A stretch of DNA of 64,000 nt from NCBI RefSeq assembly GCF_036971445.1, contig NC_091472.1:122822001-122886000 (forward strand), in the 5' to 3' direction. The translations under genes and the position numbers were made by a program. This document shows positions 37,711-51,200 of this stretch, piece by piece. The notes below the pieces were generated by a model. The model was not told where the DNA came from. It worked only from the letters and a program-made list of their open reading frames with translations, and did no database searches. This stretch comes from Narcine bancroftii. Its lineage: Eukaryota. The first letter of the stretch is position 1; every line of letters starts with the position of its first letter.

Positions 37711-39179
37711 CTAAAGGTTACGCACCTAATATTAAATACTCTCCTTCATTACTGATGGGCCAATATTACATAATCTCCACACAGGAATTTTGTATCTCTG
37801 CAGCTGTTTTTCCATACAGGCACCTTACTAACACCTTTCCTAAACAGTTAGTACTGAGGTAATAAATGTCTAGCAGGGTTTGTAACTCGTATACCATTTG
37901 CAGAAACAGCTTTTCAATATTCTTTTCAATTTGCCACTTTCACTGCAAATAGTAGGATAGGAAACATTAAAAGAAAAAACATGCCTGTAAGTAGAGGAGT
38001 ACAAAGAGCAAGGAACTTTGAAAACAAGAGCACAATCTCTCCTGATCAATGCACATTCATCAGAGATGAACACAGAGAAGGAACATCTGTTGATAGATTG
38101 GGCCAGCCATCTGAACTATGTACACTAATCACAGTGATTAAACCCATTCTATTTTGCCTCGATTTACATTTATAAATTTGTAACACCAGTGACCATGACA
38201 CAGTGACCACAATTTAATTTTCACTTCTCCTGAAAGTAGCACACAGAGTAATACCAATGGAAAAGGAGAAACAGATTCATCATCTCGTTACACACCCTCA
38301 TGAAAATTTACCTCGACAACTCCAATAAAACTGTTCGGGAGGGGGAGGGGGAATTCTTGTGTCTCAACAACATGCTTGGTTATCACTATGTGAAATTAAA
38401 ACTTTAGAAGCAACTCAACCAATGATAGTGAAATTACAAGATTCCACCTCATTCACTATACTACAAATGAGGAAAGAGACACAGAAAAGACTGCAAAATC
38501 TGGATCAATAAAACAATCTGCTGGAGGAGCTCAAATGGTCCAGCAGTATGGATGGGGGGGGGGGGGGGGGGAATAGGATGGTAATATTTTTCTCTCAGTG
38601 ATGCTGTTCAATCTGCTGAGTTCCTCCAGTGGGTTGTTTTTGCTATCACAGACTAGGAAATCCTGTGGTCGTAAAAGGCACTAAAAAAAAATCCAATTTA
38701 TTTTCTTCCTTTAATTCCTCGTTACTGAAGCACTTTAAAATATATCACACCCACGGTTGGTCTAGAGTTGCTCAGGAGCCAAAATACAAGTGGAGAATTC
38801 ATGTTCCCTGCCATCCAGTCTTCAAAACATCCCTCCCAACCCACAATGATCAAATATTTAAGTGTAAATTCAAAAAAAAAAGTTTTATGCGTTCTTCTTC
38901 CCAAGTGTAGAAAAAAACAGCAGAATTTCGTGAAAAGAGGCAATCCTAAACCAAGGTGAGATGGTAAGTGGAGGTGACAGAGAGACTCAGTATATGGATG
39001 AGCACTGAAGAGCAATCAGTGACTACAAGACCCTCTTCAAACCAGTTCACGTAAGCAGGGTCGGACTGAGGGAGAAGGAGCATAAAAACCAACTAAAATG
39101 CATTATAAAATTCTACTTAAATCCAACAAATCCAAATGAAATGTAAACACTAAGACGCACCACTTTAATCATTCACAAC

Positions 39180-39440
39180 ACACGCTACTATTGCAGCCAT
39201 CTTGAGTGCGGCGTTCCACGTGACGAGATAAGGCTTCTGGTGACGTCACCCAAAGGCCGAAACCTATGGCGCCGCGGATGATTGGGCCATGTGATGTGAT
39301 TGCGGATGATGTCGGCGCACGTCCGCGAGTCTGTCTGATCCGCCATCTTGTGTGTGGCGATCTCTCACCTGAGAGGCGGGGCCTGGGTGCACTGCTGAAT
39401 TATCACTCCAACGTCAGGGAACTTTTGATTTGCAGGTAAT
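39180..39440. promoter_or_regulatory. CpG-rich promoter, probably DGCR6 and possibly bidirectional
   Basis: YY1-type GCCATCTT 39196 and CGCCATCTT 39341, E-box CACGTG 39217, palindromic CRE GGTGACGTCACC 39239-39250, inverted CCAAT near 39281, GC box GAGGCGGGGC 39373; high CpG density. Confidence 0.75.
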
Positions 39441-41004
39441 GCTCGAGTTCTTGTCTATTTGCAACGTTTTCCGTTGTTAGTTAAAATGTCCTGTATCTGC
39501 CGTATTCCCCTTTGGGATTTCTGACGCACAAGATGAATGTTGGACCAAATAGTCATGAGGGAAGTTGTTGATGTTACAGATTTAGAACCCTGCATCAGGA
39601 CTCAAAGGAAAGACTGCCAGTCTTCAGTAGGAAGAGGGCTGGGACTGATGTTTGCTCTCACCCCTTCCCACTTCAGTCTCAAAAAAGGGTCATGACTCAA
39701 AACATTGAATGTTAATTTCTCACTTTGGATGCTGCCTGACCTACTGAGTCTGGTCATGCAACAACTTGTGCAGATTCTTGACAATGAAATGAAGCTCAAT
39801 GTACATATGGATTCAATCCCACTTCATAGATCTTAGCCAAATTTCAGGCATTGGCAAGACTTTTCTGTATATTGTTTGCTTGAGTCCATAACCTCTTGTC
39901 AATAATTATAAACAATTCATATTTTTACTTTAATTTTGCATCATGCAACACCTTTACCAATTGGCTAGCTGCTACTACTACTTTTGACCCCATCTTTTTG
40001 ATATCTTACACAAGAGCAGGAGTCCATTCACCTTAACAATATTATCTCACAGAGCAACTGGCTGTCCAGCACTTGTTTATAACAAGAAGAAAGATGTTGT
40101 CGATGCTGGAATCTGGAACAACACAAAAACAATGCTGGAAAGCTTGGCAGGTTAAGGAGCATCTGTGGTGGCAACTGTTGGAAATGTACATTTCAGGTTG
40201 GAGCCTCTGCTTCAGTACTGAGAGGGAAATGGAAAGACTGTCAGGATATTAGAAGGTATGTGTTGAGGAAATCATCAGATCTCTCTGCATGATGTGACTA
40301 TTCTTGACCACATATCATTCTACCTATCCAGTTTAATCATGCTGTTAACCCAAATTGGCAATAGCCAGAAAAGGCAAAAAACAAGGCTTCTACAGCAAAT
40401 GTATCCCTTTTTGTTTAAAAACCTAACTGAATCATTGTACTAATTTCTTTTAATTGAATTCTGTGTTTTGGTAATAAGGACAGGACTTGCTGCGCTGGTT
40501 CACTGTTTCAGGAAAAAGGAACTTGTTTAATCATGTGTATAATTTTGAGCGGAACCAGGACTGATGCAAATGACAAAATGTGGATCAACAGGAAATCCAC
40601 TAGAAAAGTTGAAGTATGAAATCCTACAAAATGACATATTACTTAAATGTTAGTCAGCCACACGAAAAGCAAAGCAGCTTAGAATTTGGAAATATCAGGA
40701 AAATGTAAAAAAAGGCAAGGGTTGTTGACATTCTGAGACTTAAGTAAAAACTGTCCACGGGCTAGAAGGATGAAGGTTACTGGGAAGTGTAGTCAAATTT
40801 GAATCGATCGTTAACATTTCCTATTGTTCCCCCATCAATCCAGCCTCCAAGAACACCAAAGTCCTAAATGCGTTGATCGAGCTTCCTAGTTGTTGTGAAA
40901 TGTTGGCAAATTGAGTGATGGAGCTTGAAGTTTCCAAAGGATCTGTCAACTGAATCTGCCGAGTGAGTCTTCGCACAGGAAAAGTGAACCCTTTAATTTC
41001 AATG

Positions 41005-43255
41005 GATGATGCTCTATCAGTGACTCCAAAGACTAGAAGTTACCTGACTGATTGGCTTTAATTACCATAAACTGATGGCACATCTCATGCTGTTGACCCA
41101 AGACCCAAACTTGTTCTTGGGGTGGGATTATGGCATTGCTGTCTTTATTAGGGGAATCAAAGGGGAGGAGCCACGGGTATAATCATCAAGGGGCAGGTCA
41201 ACCATACATGTACGAACAGTAATACAGTGGTTCCATCACATTCACCCCCCTTTTAAAAAAATGTCTGGCAGGGTGAGGTGGATTGATGTCCATCCAGGTT
41301 CAGTCTGTCCTGTGGTCTTGTCTGCTGTTGTGCTCGTTAGTGCCAGTTGTGACTCACCTGTGGTCTCCAGGACAGTCTGGCCATTGTCGGCGGGTGGAGT
41401 GTCCAGTGACTGAACTGAAACAGTTGGAGCTGGGGTAGGGTGATTGGAGGGAGTAGATGTACTGGTTGGTTAGCCGGAGTCCCCGCAGGGTCTCTCGCGA
41501 GTGCCAGATCCCATTTGGACACTGTCCGCAAGCCCTTCTGGGTATGCCAGATAGGCATTTTGGGGGTTTGGCATGGAGGATGTGGACCTTCTTGACCAGT
41601 GGGTCAGACTTGTGGCTTCTCACATACTTCCGGAACAGGACTGGCCCTGGGGATGTCAACCAGGATAGCAGCATGGTCCCCGACCTGGATTTCCTGTAGA
41701 AGGGAAACATCTTTTCATGAGGGGTTGTATTGGTGGTGGTGCACAGGAGGAATCTGATCACTTGGAGCGCTTTGGGGAGGACCTCTCATCATTGGAGACA
41801 GGCAGGCATTTTGATCATGGCCCTCCAGACGATGGTGTTCTCCCTTTCCACCTGTCCGTTCCCTCGGGGGGTTGTAACTGGTGGTCTTGCTAGTGATGAT
41901 ATGTCTGGCCAGCAGATATTGGCACAGCTCATTGCTCATGAAGGAGGACCCCTGGTCGCTATGAATACAGCAGGGGTATCCGAATCAGGTGAAAGGTTGC
42001 AGCGGTCACGTCTGGGCAGGGAATGGCAAACAGGAACCGTGAGTACTCATCAATGATGGTTATGAAGTACGTGTTGCTGCTCGAAGAGGGCAGGGGCCCC
42101 TTGAAATCCTTGCTCAGCTCAAGGGGTGGGTGGCCTTAATCAGATGTGACCTGGTAGAAGTGTGGTTTGCTCTCTGCATGGTCATGGCAGTTCCTGGTCA
42201 TCGTCCTGATGTCCTCAATTGAATAGGGAAAGTTGTGGGCTTTGATAAAATGGTAGAACCTGGTGACCCCAGAGTGGCAACATTCGGCTTGGAGGACTTG
42301 CAAGCGGTCTATGTGCGCTCTGGCACAAATCCCTTGGGACAGGGATCCGGAGGCTCGTTGAGATTTCTGGGCTGGTGCAAGATATCATAATTGTAGGTGG
42401 AGATTTCGATTCTCCACCTCAGAATCTTGTTATTCTTGATTTTGCTCTGCTTCAGGGCAAATCGTTTGCTTGCCAGATAGTGCCTCCAGTGCCGTACCGC
42501 CTCAATGATGGCCTGGGCTTCTTTTTCAGTGGAGGAGTGCCAGATCTTGGGGCCTTGGAGGTTGTGGAGAAAAAAAAATGCTATGGGTCTGCCTGCCTGC
42601 TTAAGTGAGCATCCAGGGCAAAGTCAGACGCATCACTTTCCATTTGGAACAGGGTGGATCTGTCCACAAAGTGTATTACGGCCTTGGCAATATCACCTTT
42701 GATGCAGTTGAAGGCCTCCCAGGCCTCTGCTGACAGGGGAAAGGAGGTGGCTTTTACGAGGGGGTGGGCCTTATCTGCATAGTTGGGGACCCACTGGGCA
42801 TAATAGGAGAAAAACACCTGGCTGCTTTTCAGGGCCTTGAAGCTGTGGGGAAGTGAGAGCTCCAACAGGGGGTGCATGTGGTCGGGATCAGGGACAATAA
42901 CTCCATTCTCCATGACACAGCCAAGTATAGCCAGGTATAATGTGCGGAATACACATTTATCTTTGTTGTAGATGAAATTGAGGGCTTTGGCTGACTGGAG
43001 GAATTTCTTGAAGTTGGTGTCATGCAGGTCGTGACCACAGATGGTGACACGAGGTAGGGAAATGTGGCCAGCATCCTGTGCTCGACCACCATTCAGTCCA
43101 TCTCCCTCTGGAAGACGAAGTCTCTATTGGTGATCCCGAAGGAGACTCTCAAGAAGTGAGAGAGGCGGTCATCTGCTTTGAACAAAGTGTGCTGGCGGTC
43201 CTGCAGGTGGATAGGGAACTGGTGGTATGCCAACTATTTACCATGTCGGCTATGT
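41005..43255 (-). mobile_element. Gypsy/Ty3 LTR retrotransposon, 5'-truncated relic
   Basis: RT/RNase H (FFSYYAQWVPNY, ESDASDFA) and integrase (TTSYNP, GPV..RK.VR) pieces; polypurine tract at about 41243-41254 next to a 3' LTR at about 41005-41240. Confidence 0.88.
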
Positions 43256-43829
43256 ACTTTTATCCTGGGGTGAAAATGGCAAATAACAGAAGAATTTGTT
43301 TAAGGTGAGTGGAGGAAAGTTTAGGGGAAATTTTAGAGGCAAGGTTTTTTTTAACAGAGTTTAGGGTGCCTGAAATGCATTGCTGGGGGTGGTGGTGGTG
43401 GAGGCTGGTACAATAGAGATATTCAAAACACTCTTAGATAGACACATGGATGAAACAAACATGGATGGTTATGTGTGTGAGGTAGGCAAGGATTAGATTG
43501 TTATAGTGTAGGTTTACATAGGTCAGCACCTCTTTGAGGGCTGAAGGGCTTTTGCATTATGCTGTAATGTTCCATGAAGAATAGAAATAGCCTTTTGGGG
43601 TAGGGAAGTCCAAAACAAGAGGACATAGGTTTAAGGAGAGTGGAAATTTTTACCAAAGAAGGGCCAATTTTTTTTGATACAAAGTGTGGAGTGTATATGG
43701 AATGAACTGCCAGAGGAAGCTGTTTGAGACTGACACAACCAGGACTTTCAAAACATTTGGATAGGTACGTGTATGGAAGTTTAGAGGAATAACAGGCCAA
43801 GAACAAGCAAATAGGACAAGCTCAGGTTC

Positions 43830-44850
43830 AAATTTTATGACATTTGATCAATTAAAGGAGAAATATGGGCTATTACAAAATACAATATTTTTCTATTATC
43901 AATTACGATCCTGTTTGAAGAAGAAGAAAATAGGAATGGACGAGACTTCTGAAGTTGAGTCAATTTGAATATGTTATAACAGATATTATTATTCAAAGAT
44001 TTATAACTACTATGTATAATAAATTACAAGAAATAAAGGAAAAGGATGATTTGTATAAAACTAATTGAAGTGTGAACAGGATTTAAATATTCAAATTCAA
44101 GAAGAAATATGGATGAAACTGTGTCGAGATAGTGTATCTAATACAATCAATGCTAGATATCAAATGGTTCAATATAATTTTTTACATCAAATGTATTACA
44201 CACCCTATAAGTTGAATAAATTTAATCTAAATTTTTCTACTCAATGTTTTAGATGGAAAAAAAAGAGGTTGGTAATTTCTTGCATTCAGAATGGTTGTGT
44301 GGAAGGGTAAAAAATTTCTGGAAAGAATTATGTGTTATGGTAGAGAAGATATTAAAAGTGAAGGTTAAATTAGATCCAAGAATTTTTTTGTTGGATATAT
44401 ATGATGAAGATATTAAGTTGGAATTAGATAAATATAAAAAGAGATTCTTGAGTCTAGCAACAGCAATAGCGAGAAAGTGTGTAGCTAAAACGTGTAAATT
44501 GGAAAGTCATGCAAAAAATATAAGAATGGTTTTAATGAAATAAAATATTGTCTCCCATTAGAAAAAAAAATTGGGAGCCATGTATGACATTTATGAATTT
44601 AAACTAAACCAGACCTTCTAATCCAATCCCACACCCACCCCCCACTTTGAAAATATGGAACTTTCATCAAGAAATGTATTTTGGTATTATTAATGTGGTT
44701 ATAATTATTGCCATGAATGTGTTCTTTTTTCTATCTTCAGGGGACGGGGTGAAAATTGAAAATTATTTAGTATCTATGATGTCGTGATATTGCAAGTTAA
44801 TTTGAAATGCATGAAAGATACTAATAAATAAAATTTTCACCAAAAAAAAG
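43830..44850 (+). mobile_element. L1-clade 3' fragment inserted in a CR1 tail
   Basis: QYNFLHQMYYTP, CFR and ARKCVA motifs; AATAAA and poly(A); CR1 tail pieces on both sides with AAGCTCA repeated at the junctions. Confidence 0.82.
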
Positions 44851-45219
44851 CTCATGTGGGCAATTTAGTCGGTCGAGGTGGACGGGTTGAGCCGAAGCCT
44901 GATTCCTTGCCTTTCGGTTCTATGACTACGCAAGTTCGCTTACAGATGTTATCTTCTGGGAAACCTCAGAGGCAGCCTGGAAACATACAGTGTGAATCAA
45001 ATCGATTTCCCTTCCAGTCCTGAAACCCCTCAGACCCACTGGAGTTCAACGGTATCGGGAACGATCACGGTTGAAGGAGCTGTAAAACGTGTGATTTATT
45101 CCCATCGATTTACAATTCATAAATCAACCACATGTGGACGTGGGTTCGACGTTGCCCTTAAATTATCAGGAAGTGCCAACTTCACCAAATGTTTGGTGCA
45201 CAGTATTATCACTGGACAA

Positions 45220-45690
45220 AGCGGGTGATTGGTGCAGGGTCCCACTCGAGATCGGAAACTAGCGTCCAAGAAGCGAGGTTGAAAAATTCCACTTTCCTTC
45301 TGCTCTATGTACATCACATTTAAGTAAACGACCAAAGCTGTCAACCATGCCTCTGTTAGCCAATGCTATCATGTGGGCGTGGAGGGAGGGAGGAAGCAGA
45401 ACGATTCTGCTCCTATGAATTAACAACGCACAACAGGAAGTTTTATTTTATTTGACAGTCGTGGGAGCAGTTTTTAGAGTTTGATCCCCAAATAGATATA
45501 ATCTTTCCTTAAAATGCATTCAGTCGGGAAATGAATTCGTGACAGTTGGCGTCTGCTTTTTACTGGAATTCGCTACGGACCCATACCTGATGCCAGCGTT
45601 GGTACTGCTGTTAACTTTGGGAGGGACCTATTGCTGGTAGTAAATGGCCACCGCTGTTGCCACAGAAAAGAAAGTCACAGCGTGGTAAGT
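45220..45690 (+). promoter_or_regulatory. Putative promoter and first exon of an unidentified plus-strand transcript
   Basis: AGCCAAT 45358, GGGCGTGG 45375, ETS CAGGAAGT 45434, elevated CpG, consensus donor GTG|GTAAGT at 45684/45685. Confidence 0.45.
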
Positions 45691-47949
45691 TGATGTTCTC
45701 CTAAGCTGCGGTACAACAAAAACAAACTCCTGGAGGAATCTGTGGGGTGGAAATGTGGGGTTTTCTGGCAGAGACCCTGCATCAGAATAAAAACAATCTC
45801 AATGCAAAATACAGGGAAGAAAAATTGGCATCCTGCCAGTTAACGTGGTATTGGAAAAGATCTGTCTAAAGTGATTCCCAAAAAGAGAAGGTTGTGTGAT
45901 AGGTAAAAGGAACTCAAGAGTGCAGTCAAGTGTGGATCCTTCTTGCCTAAACGATAAGATGCTGGAAGAACTCAGAGGGACAGGCAACAAACAGAGTCAG
46001 TGATTGTTGCTTATCTGGACCCTTCATGGAGATCAAAGTACAAAGAATGATAGAAATTATATTAAGGGGGAAAAGAACCTGGCAGGGCAGAGAGGTAATA
46101 GGGTGTTGGAGAGATGAAGAGACAGATAGAGGGAGAGACAATGGGATGGAGAGAGGTGAGGAGAAAAATGAAAACAGGAATGTAGGTGGAATAGTTAGAA
46201 ACTCTGAAGAATGGATGGAAACTTCTCTCTAACTGTCCCTTCCCTAAACCATCTCTACGCCCTGAATGGCCCCTGACCTGACCCCATTCAGCATCTCATT
46301 GTTTGCTCAAGCTTCCAGCATCTGCGGTTTTTGAAGGAATTCAATTTTCAAAGAATTCCTGCAGCAGATTGTGTTGCTCCAACATCCAATAACAACATCT
46401 GCAGTCTCTCATGTGCTTACAGTTCCTACAATGAAGGAATTTGTAAACCAGAGCGAGAGCATTAAAATCAAGACCTGGCTAACTTGGAAGCTAATTATTT
46501 GCATTGTGCTGAGCCGTGAAAAGGTCTCAAAAGAATCGCCCTCTTCTTCATGAACTCTTCATCTTATTATCACTGCAAACATATTGCACAATGAAAATTT
46601 AGTCTTTGATGCATTTTAGATTTAGGTTGCTGCATCAGATGTCCAGGTTTATTTCAAGCAGTATTACATAATGGAATTCTTTCTTTAATCTCTCTCATCT
46701 TCATTTGTGCAGTGCCCTGGTATCTCTTTGCCCCTCCCCTATTTTATGCTTACTATCTTTCCTTCCTACTTTAGTCATAGCCCCATAATGTTGACTGACC
46801 ATATCTTTTCATGGATGCCTGCCTAACTTGCTGAATCCTTCAGTTTCTCTTTGTTCACTTCTCCAGTCTTCACAGATCTAAAGTTTCACATGTATAGTAG
46901 GTCAGTTCAGAAGTTTTCTTTATTAAGTACTTCTGCTCAAGTCTTCCAGGATCTGATGATATCCACACAAATTCCTCCCACCGTTGACACTCTTGTCTTC
47001 CCAAACTCTGGAATTCCCTTTCTCTTCCCTCTTCCATTACTAGCTCCTTGAAGCCTCCCTAATCTTATCTAAATCTTCATCTATCAAATTCATTGTACTA
47101 CTTGAGTGTAATGTTCTTCCCCAAAAATTGCAAACGGCTTTTTCACCAGAGTTAATTATGTAATGATGAGATCACAGGCCGATTCTTTCTGTTCCATCAA
47201 TCCAAGGTTCTGAAATTTAGGCTTTGCTAGTTGCTGAGATCAGTTTTTTAAAATATTCACATTGCAAAGTTTTTTTTCCCCAATCTTAAATTCTTCCTCT
47301 TCTCCCACCCCAGAGGTTAGAAGTGCATGAATCAAGATGAAACTAGCATTTGAAATGTGTTAGTTCGTCAGCACTCCCTGCAGCCAATATAATGATTGCC
47401 AGGGACAGGATAACATAGTTATTTAATTATTCTCTTTTCCCAATTACAAGATGAAGGAAAGATTGGCTTTTGTTGCTAATTGCTGCATAGAAGGTGAAAT
47501 GAGATGTAATCTGAATATGGCTTTGGACCGGCAATTCCATGATTTTGAATTGGTGACAATGTAAGAACAGTTATATATTTTCAGGTTCTATTTAGGTCAA
47601 AGTCATCCAGCACTGAACATGTCCTCAGCCCAACTCATCCTTACTGACCTAGTTGGCATTCTGGGCTAGTCCCATTTGTCAGCATATAGTTCTTGTTCTA
47701 AGCCCTTCCTGTCCATAAACCTGTCCAAGTGCCTTTTAAATGGCAGAATTGTGCCCATTTCTATAGATTCCTCTGGCAGCTCATTCCAGAGACAGACCAC
47801 CCACTTGAGTGAAAAGCTTCCCCTCCATTCCTTCTTCTATATCTCCCCTCTCACTGTAAACCTATGCCCTCTAGTCTAGAATCTTCTACCCTGGGGAAAA
47901 GACTCGTTTCATAGCAGGTTATCTCTGTGAGGTCGCTAAGATAGGCTGT

Positions 47950-48160
47950 TGCAGTGAACTGGAACTCACTGTCTATGTATTGTTCAGATGGCTGGCTCCT
48001 CCCCTGACTCCACCCTCACCTACCCCAATATAAACCTTGATTTTCCTGCCTTGCCGTAGATTCACCTGAGGACTATTGTGTCTGCTAGCCCTTGATGGTA
48101 AGCTATTAAAAGCCTATTTGTACTCCTCACTTGTCTCTGAGGGCATTCAGTCGCGTTACA
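47950..48160 (+). mobile_element. Solo LTR, 211 bp
   Basis: TG...CA termini; perfect 5-bp TSD GCTGT (47945-47949 and 48161-48165); internal TATAAA and ATTAAA. Confidence 0.82.
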
Positions 48161-48237
48161 GCTGTTTAAGATCAAGTGCTGAAATTTTTATCACAATGCT
48201 TCATAAGTGATAGGGACAGCTTTTGGTAATAAAATAT

Positions 48238-51200
48238 CTTTTTTTTGTTCATTGCACCATGAATCATATCAACAACAAGTGTTCATCATTAAAATATATC
48301 CAGTGACATTTCCTTTTTTTTCTCCCCCCTTCATCCCTCCCCACCCCTTCAAAAACCAATAAATAATAAAAAAACACACAAAACAAAAGAAAACAAGAAA
48401 AAAAAAGTTGTATCGTCCACATTTCCAAATTTTAGTCTTATCGTGCTTGTATTCATATCACTTTAGGAAATGGAGGTCTGAGGTCGGCATTTTCTTTTTA
48501 AAAAATTTCTTGCACTATGAATCATTTCAGTAACAACATTCACAAATGATCATCACTAATATATACACAGTGACCTTTCCTCTCTTCGCTCCTTTTCATC
48601 CCTCTCCCCCTCCCCACCTCTTTCAAAAACCAATAAAGAATAAAACACATACAACTTCTTTTCTTCTTGTTATTTCTTTGTTTTATCGTCCACTTTCACA
48701 TATTTAAATCTTAATGTGCTCATAATCATGTCGCTTTAAGAGATGGAGGTCTGTGGTCAGCATTCTCTAACATTTTATGTATGGTTCCCAAATTTGTTCA
48801 AATAAAGTACATTTGTCTTTTAGATTGTATGTAATTTTTTCTAATGGAATACACTTGTTCATTTCTGTATACCATTGTTGTATATTTATGCTTGTTTCCA
48901 TTTTCCAAGTTGTCATTATACACTTTCTTGCTGCTGCCAGCGCTATCATAATAAATTTTTTTTAGGCTCTATCTAATTTTAGGCCTAGTTTTTTGTCTCT
49001 TATATTATTTAACAGAAAAATTTCTGTATCTTTTGGTATGTTATTTTTTGAATTTTGTTTAATATTAGGTTTAAATCTTCCCAGAAAGTTTTCACCTTTG
49101 GACATGTCCTAATTGGATGTAATGTTGTTCCAATCTCTTGTTTACAGCGGAAGCATCAATCCAATGCTGTTGGGTCCCACCCTTTTAATTTCTGAGGAGT
49201 AATGTATAATCTGTGTATCATACGTAACCTAGTATTTATCGTGTTCCTCATTGTTCCTACACATAACTCCTCCCATGTTTTGTTCTTTATCCTTATATTT
49301 AAATCTTTTTCCCAACTTTGTTTACGTTTACAATCTTGTTTCATCCTCTTCCTTGTATTGCAATTTGTTACACATTTTTTTTTACTATCATTGTGTCTGT
49401 GATTAACTATTCATAGCTGCTACTTTCTGGTAATCTCAAGCTATGTCCCAGTTTATCTTTTAAGTTTTTAACTGGTACTATGCAAACATTGTACCATACG
49501 TTATTCCATGTTTGTCTTTTAATTGTTCAAATGTTAAATTATTTCCCAAAAAAGCAGTCTTCTATTTTCTTAATTCCTTTTCTAGCCCATTCTTTGAAAA
49601 ATAAATTGTGTATTGTAAAAGGGATTAATGGGTTTTGTGTCAAAAACATTTATGGCATTTGATAATTTATCTTTTTTTCTTCCAGGTGTATTCTCTTCCA
49701 TATTTTAAGTATATGATGTAATACTGGTGAATTGTTGTATTGCACCAGCTTCTCGTCCCATTTATAAAGTATATGTTCCGGGACATTTTCTCCTAATTTA
49801 CCTAATTCTATCCTAATCCAGTCTGGTTTTCTCCTGTCTGATAAAAAATCTGATAAATATCTTAACTGCGCTGCCCTGTAATAATTTTTGAAGTTTAGTA
49901 ACTGCAGCCCTCCTTGTTTGTATCTCCATGTTAATTTTTCTAATGCTACCCTTGATTTTTTTTTTACCCTTCCGTAAAAACTTTCTTATTACTTTTTTCA
50001 GTCCTATAAAAAATTTCTCTGTTGAGGGAATTGGTAAAGCTTGGAACAGATATTGTACCCGTGGAAACACATTCATCTTAATACAGTTTACTCTCCCTAT
50101 TAAAGTTAACGGCAGCTCTTTCCAAGTCTCTAAATCTTCCTGTTTTTTTTTATTAGTGGTTGGTAGTTTAATTTGTACAAATGGTTTAGGTTATTATCTA
50201 TCCTGATGCCAAGGTAACGTATTGCCTGTGATTGCCATTTAAAAGGGGATTCTTTTTTAAATTCTGTATAATCAACTTTGTACATTGGCATCACTTCGCT
50301 TTTATTGCTGTTAACCTTATATCCTGATATCTCTCTATATTCTTTCAGTTTCATATATAACCTTTTTATTGATTTATCTGGCTCTGTTAAATATACTATG
50401 ATATCATCTGCAAATGGTCTGATTTTTAATTCTCTTTTATTTTTATTCCTTTTATCGTAGATTCCTTCCTTATCAGCCCCTCCAATGGTTCTATATCCAA
50501 GGGAAGGGGACAATGGGCATCCTGTCTAGTTGACCTGCTCAATTTAAAGTGATCTGACACATATCCATTCACTACTACCTTAGCTAAAGGTCCATTATAC
50601 AATGATCTAATCCAATTAATAAATTTTTTGGTAATTTAAATTTCTGTAGCACTTTAAATAAATAGTTCCATTCTACCCTGTCAAAGGGTTTCTTTGCATC
50701 TAGCGTAACTGCCACCATTGCTGTTTTATTCATTTCTGCTGCATGGATTAAATTAATGCTTACAGACATCTGCTGCTCATCTTTTTTTTAAACAAATTCA
50801 GTTTGATCCTACTGTATCAATTTTGGTACCCAGTCAGTCAGTCTATTCACTAGTGGTTTTGCTATTAATTTTTAATCTGCATTTAGTAAGGTTATTGATC
50901 TATATGATGCTGGCGACAGCAGGTCCTTTCCCATTTTTGGAATTACTGTAATTATTACTGTTTAACATGATTCGGTGCCTTGTGGGCAAAGCCTCTTTAT
51001 CAAAGGCTAAGAGACAGTAAACTCTGAATTCAAACCACTTGCTGCCTTGCAGGTTTTGCCTCTTTAGGCAAAGGTTAGGAGAAGGCAACTCTGACTTCAA
51101 ATTCCCAGGCTCGGCTTGCCCAGCCATCAGTAACTGGAAAGGGCCCAGCTATGGGCAAATAGCACATGTCAGTCTGGCAGCAGGGGCTGGCAGCTGTGAC

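Noticed and set aside
39236-39264. Hammerhead-like CTGGTGA...CGAAAC in the promoter
   Set aside because: Core is mutated and no stem II forms; better explained by the CRE palindrome.
47451-47564. Possible plus-strand exon (AAG|ATGAAG...AAT|GTAAGA)
   Set aside because: No recognisable homology, and joining it to the 45684 donor creates an immediate TGA.
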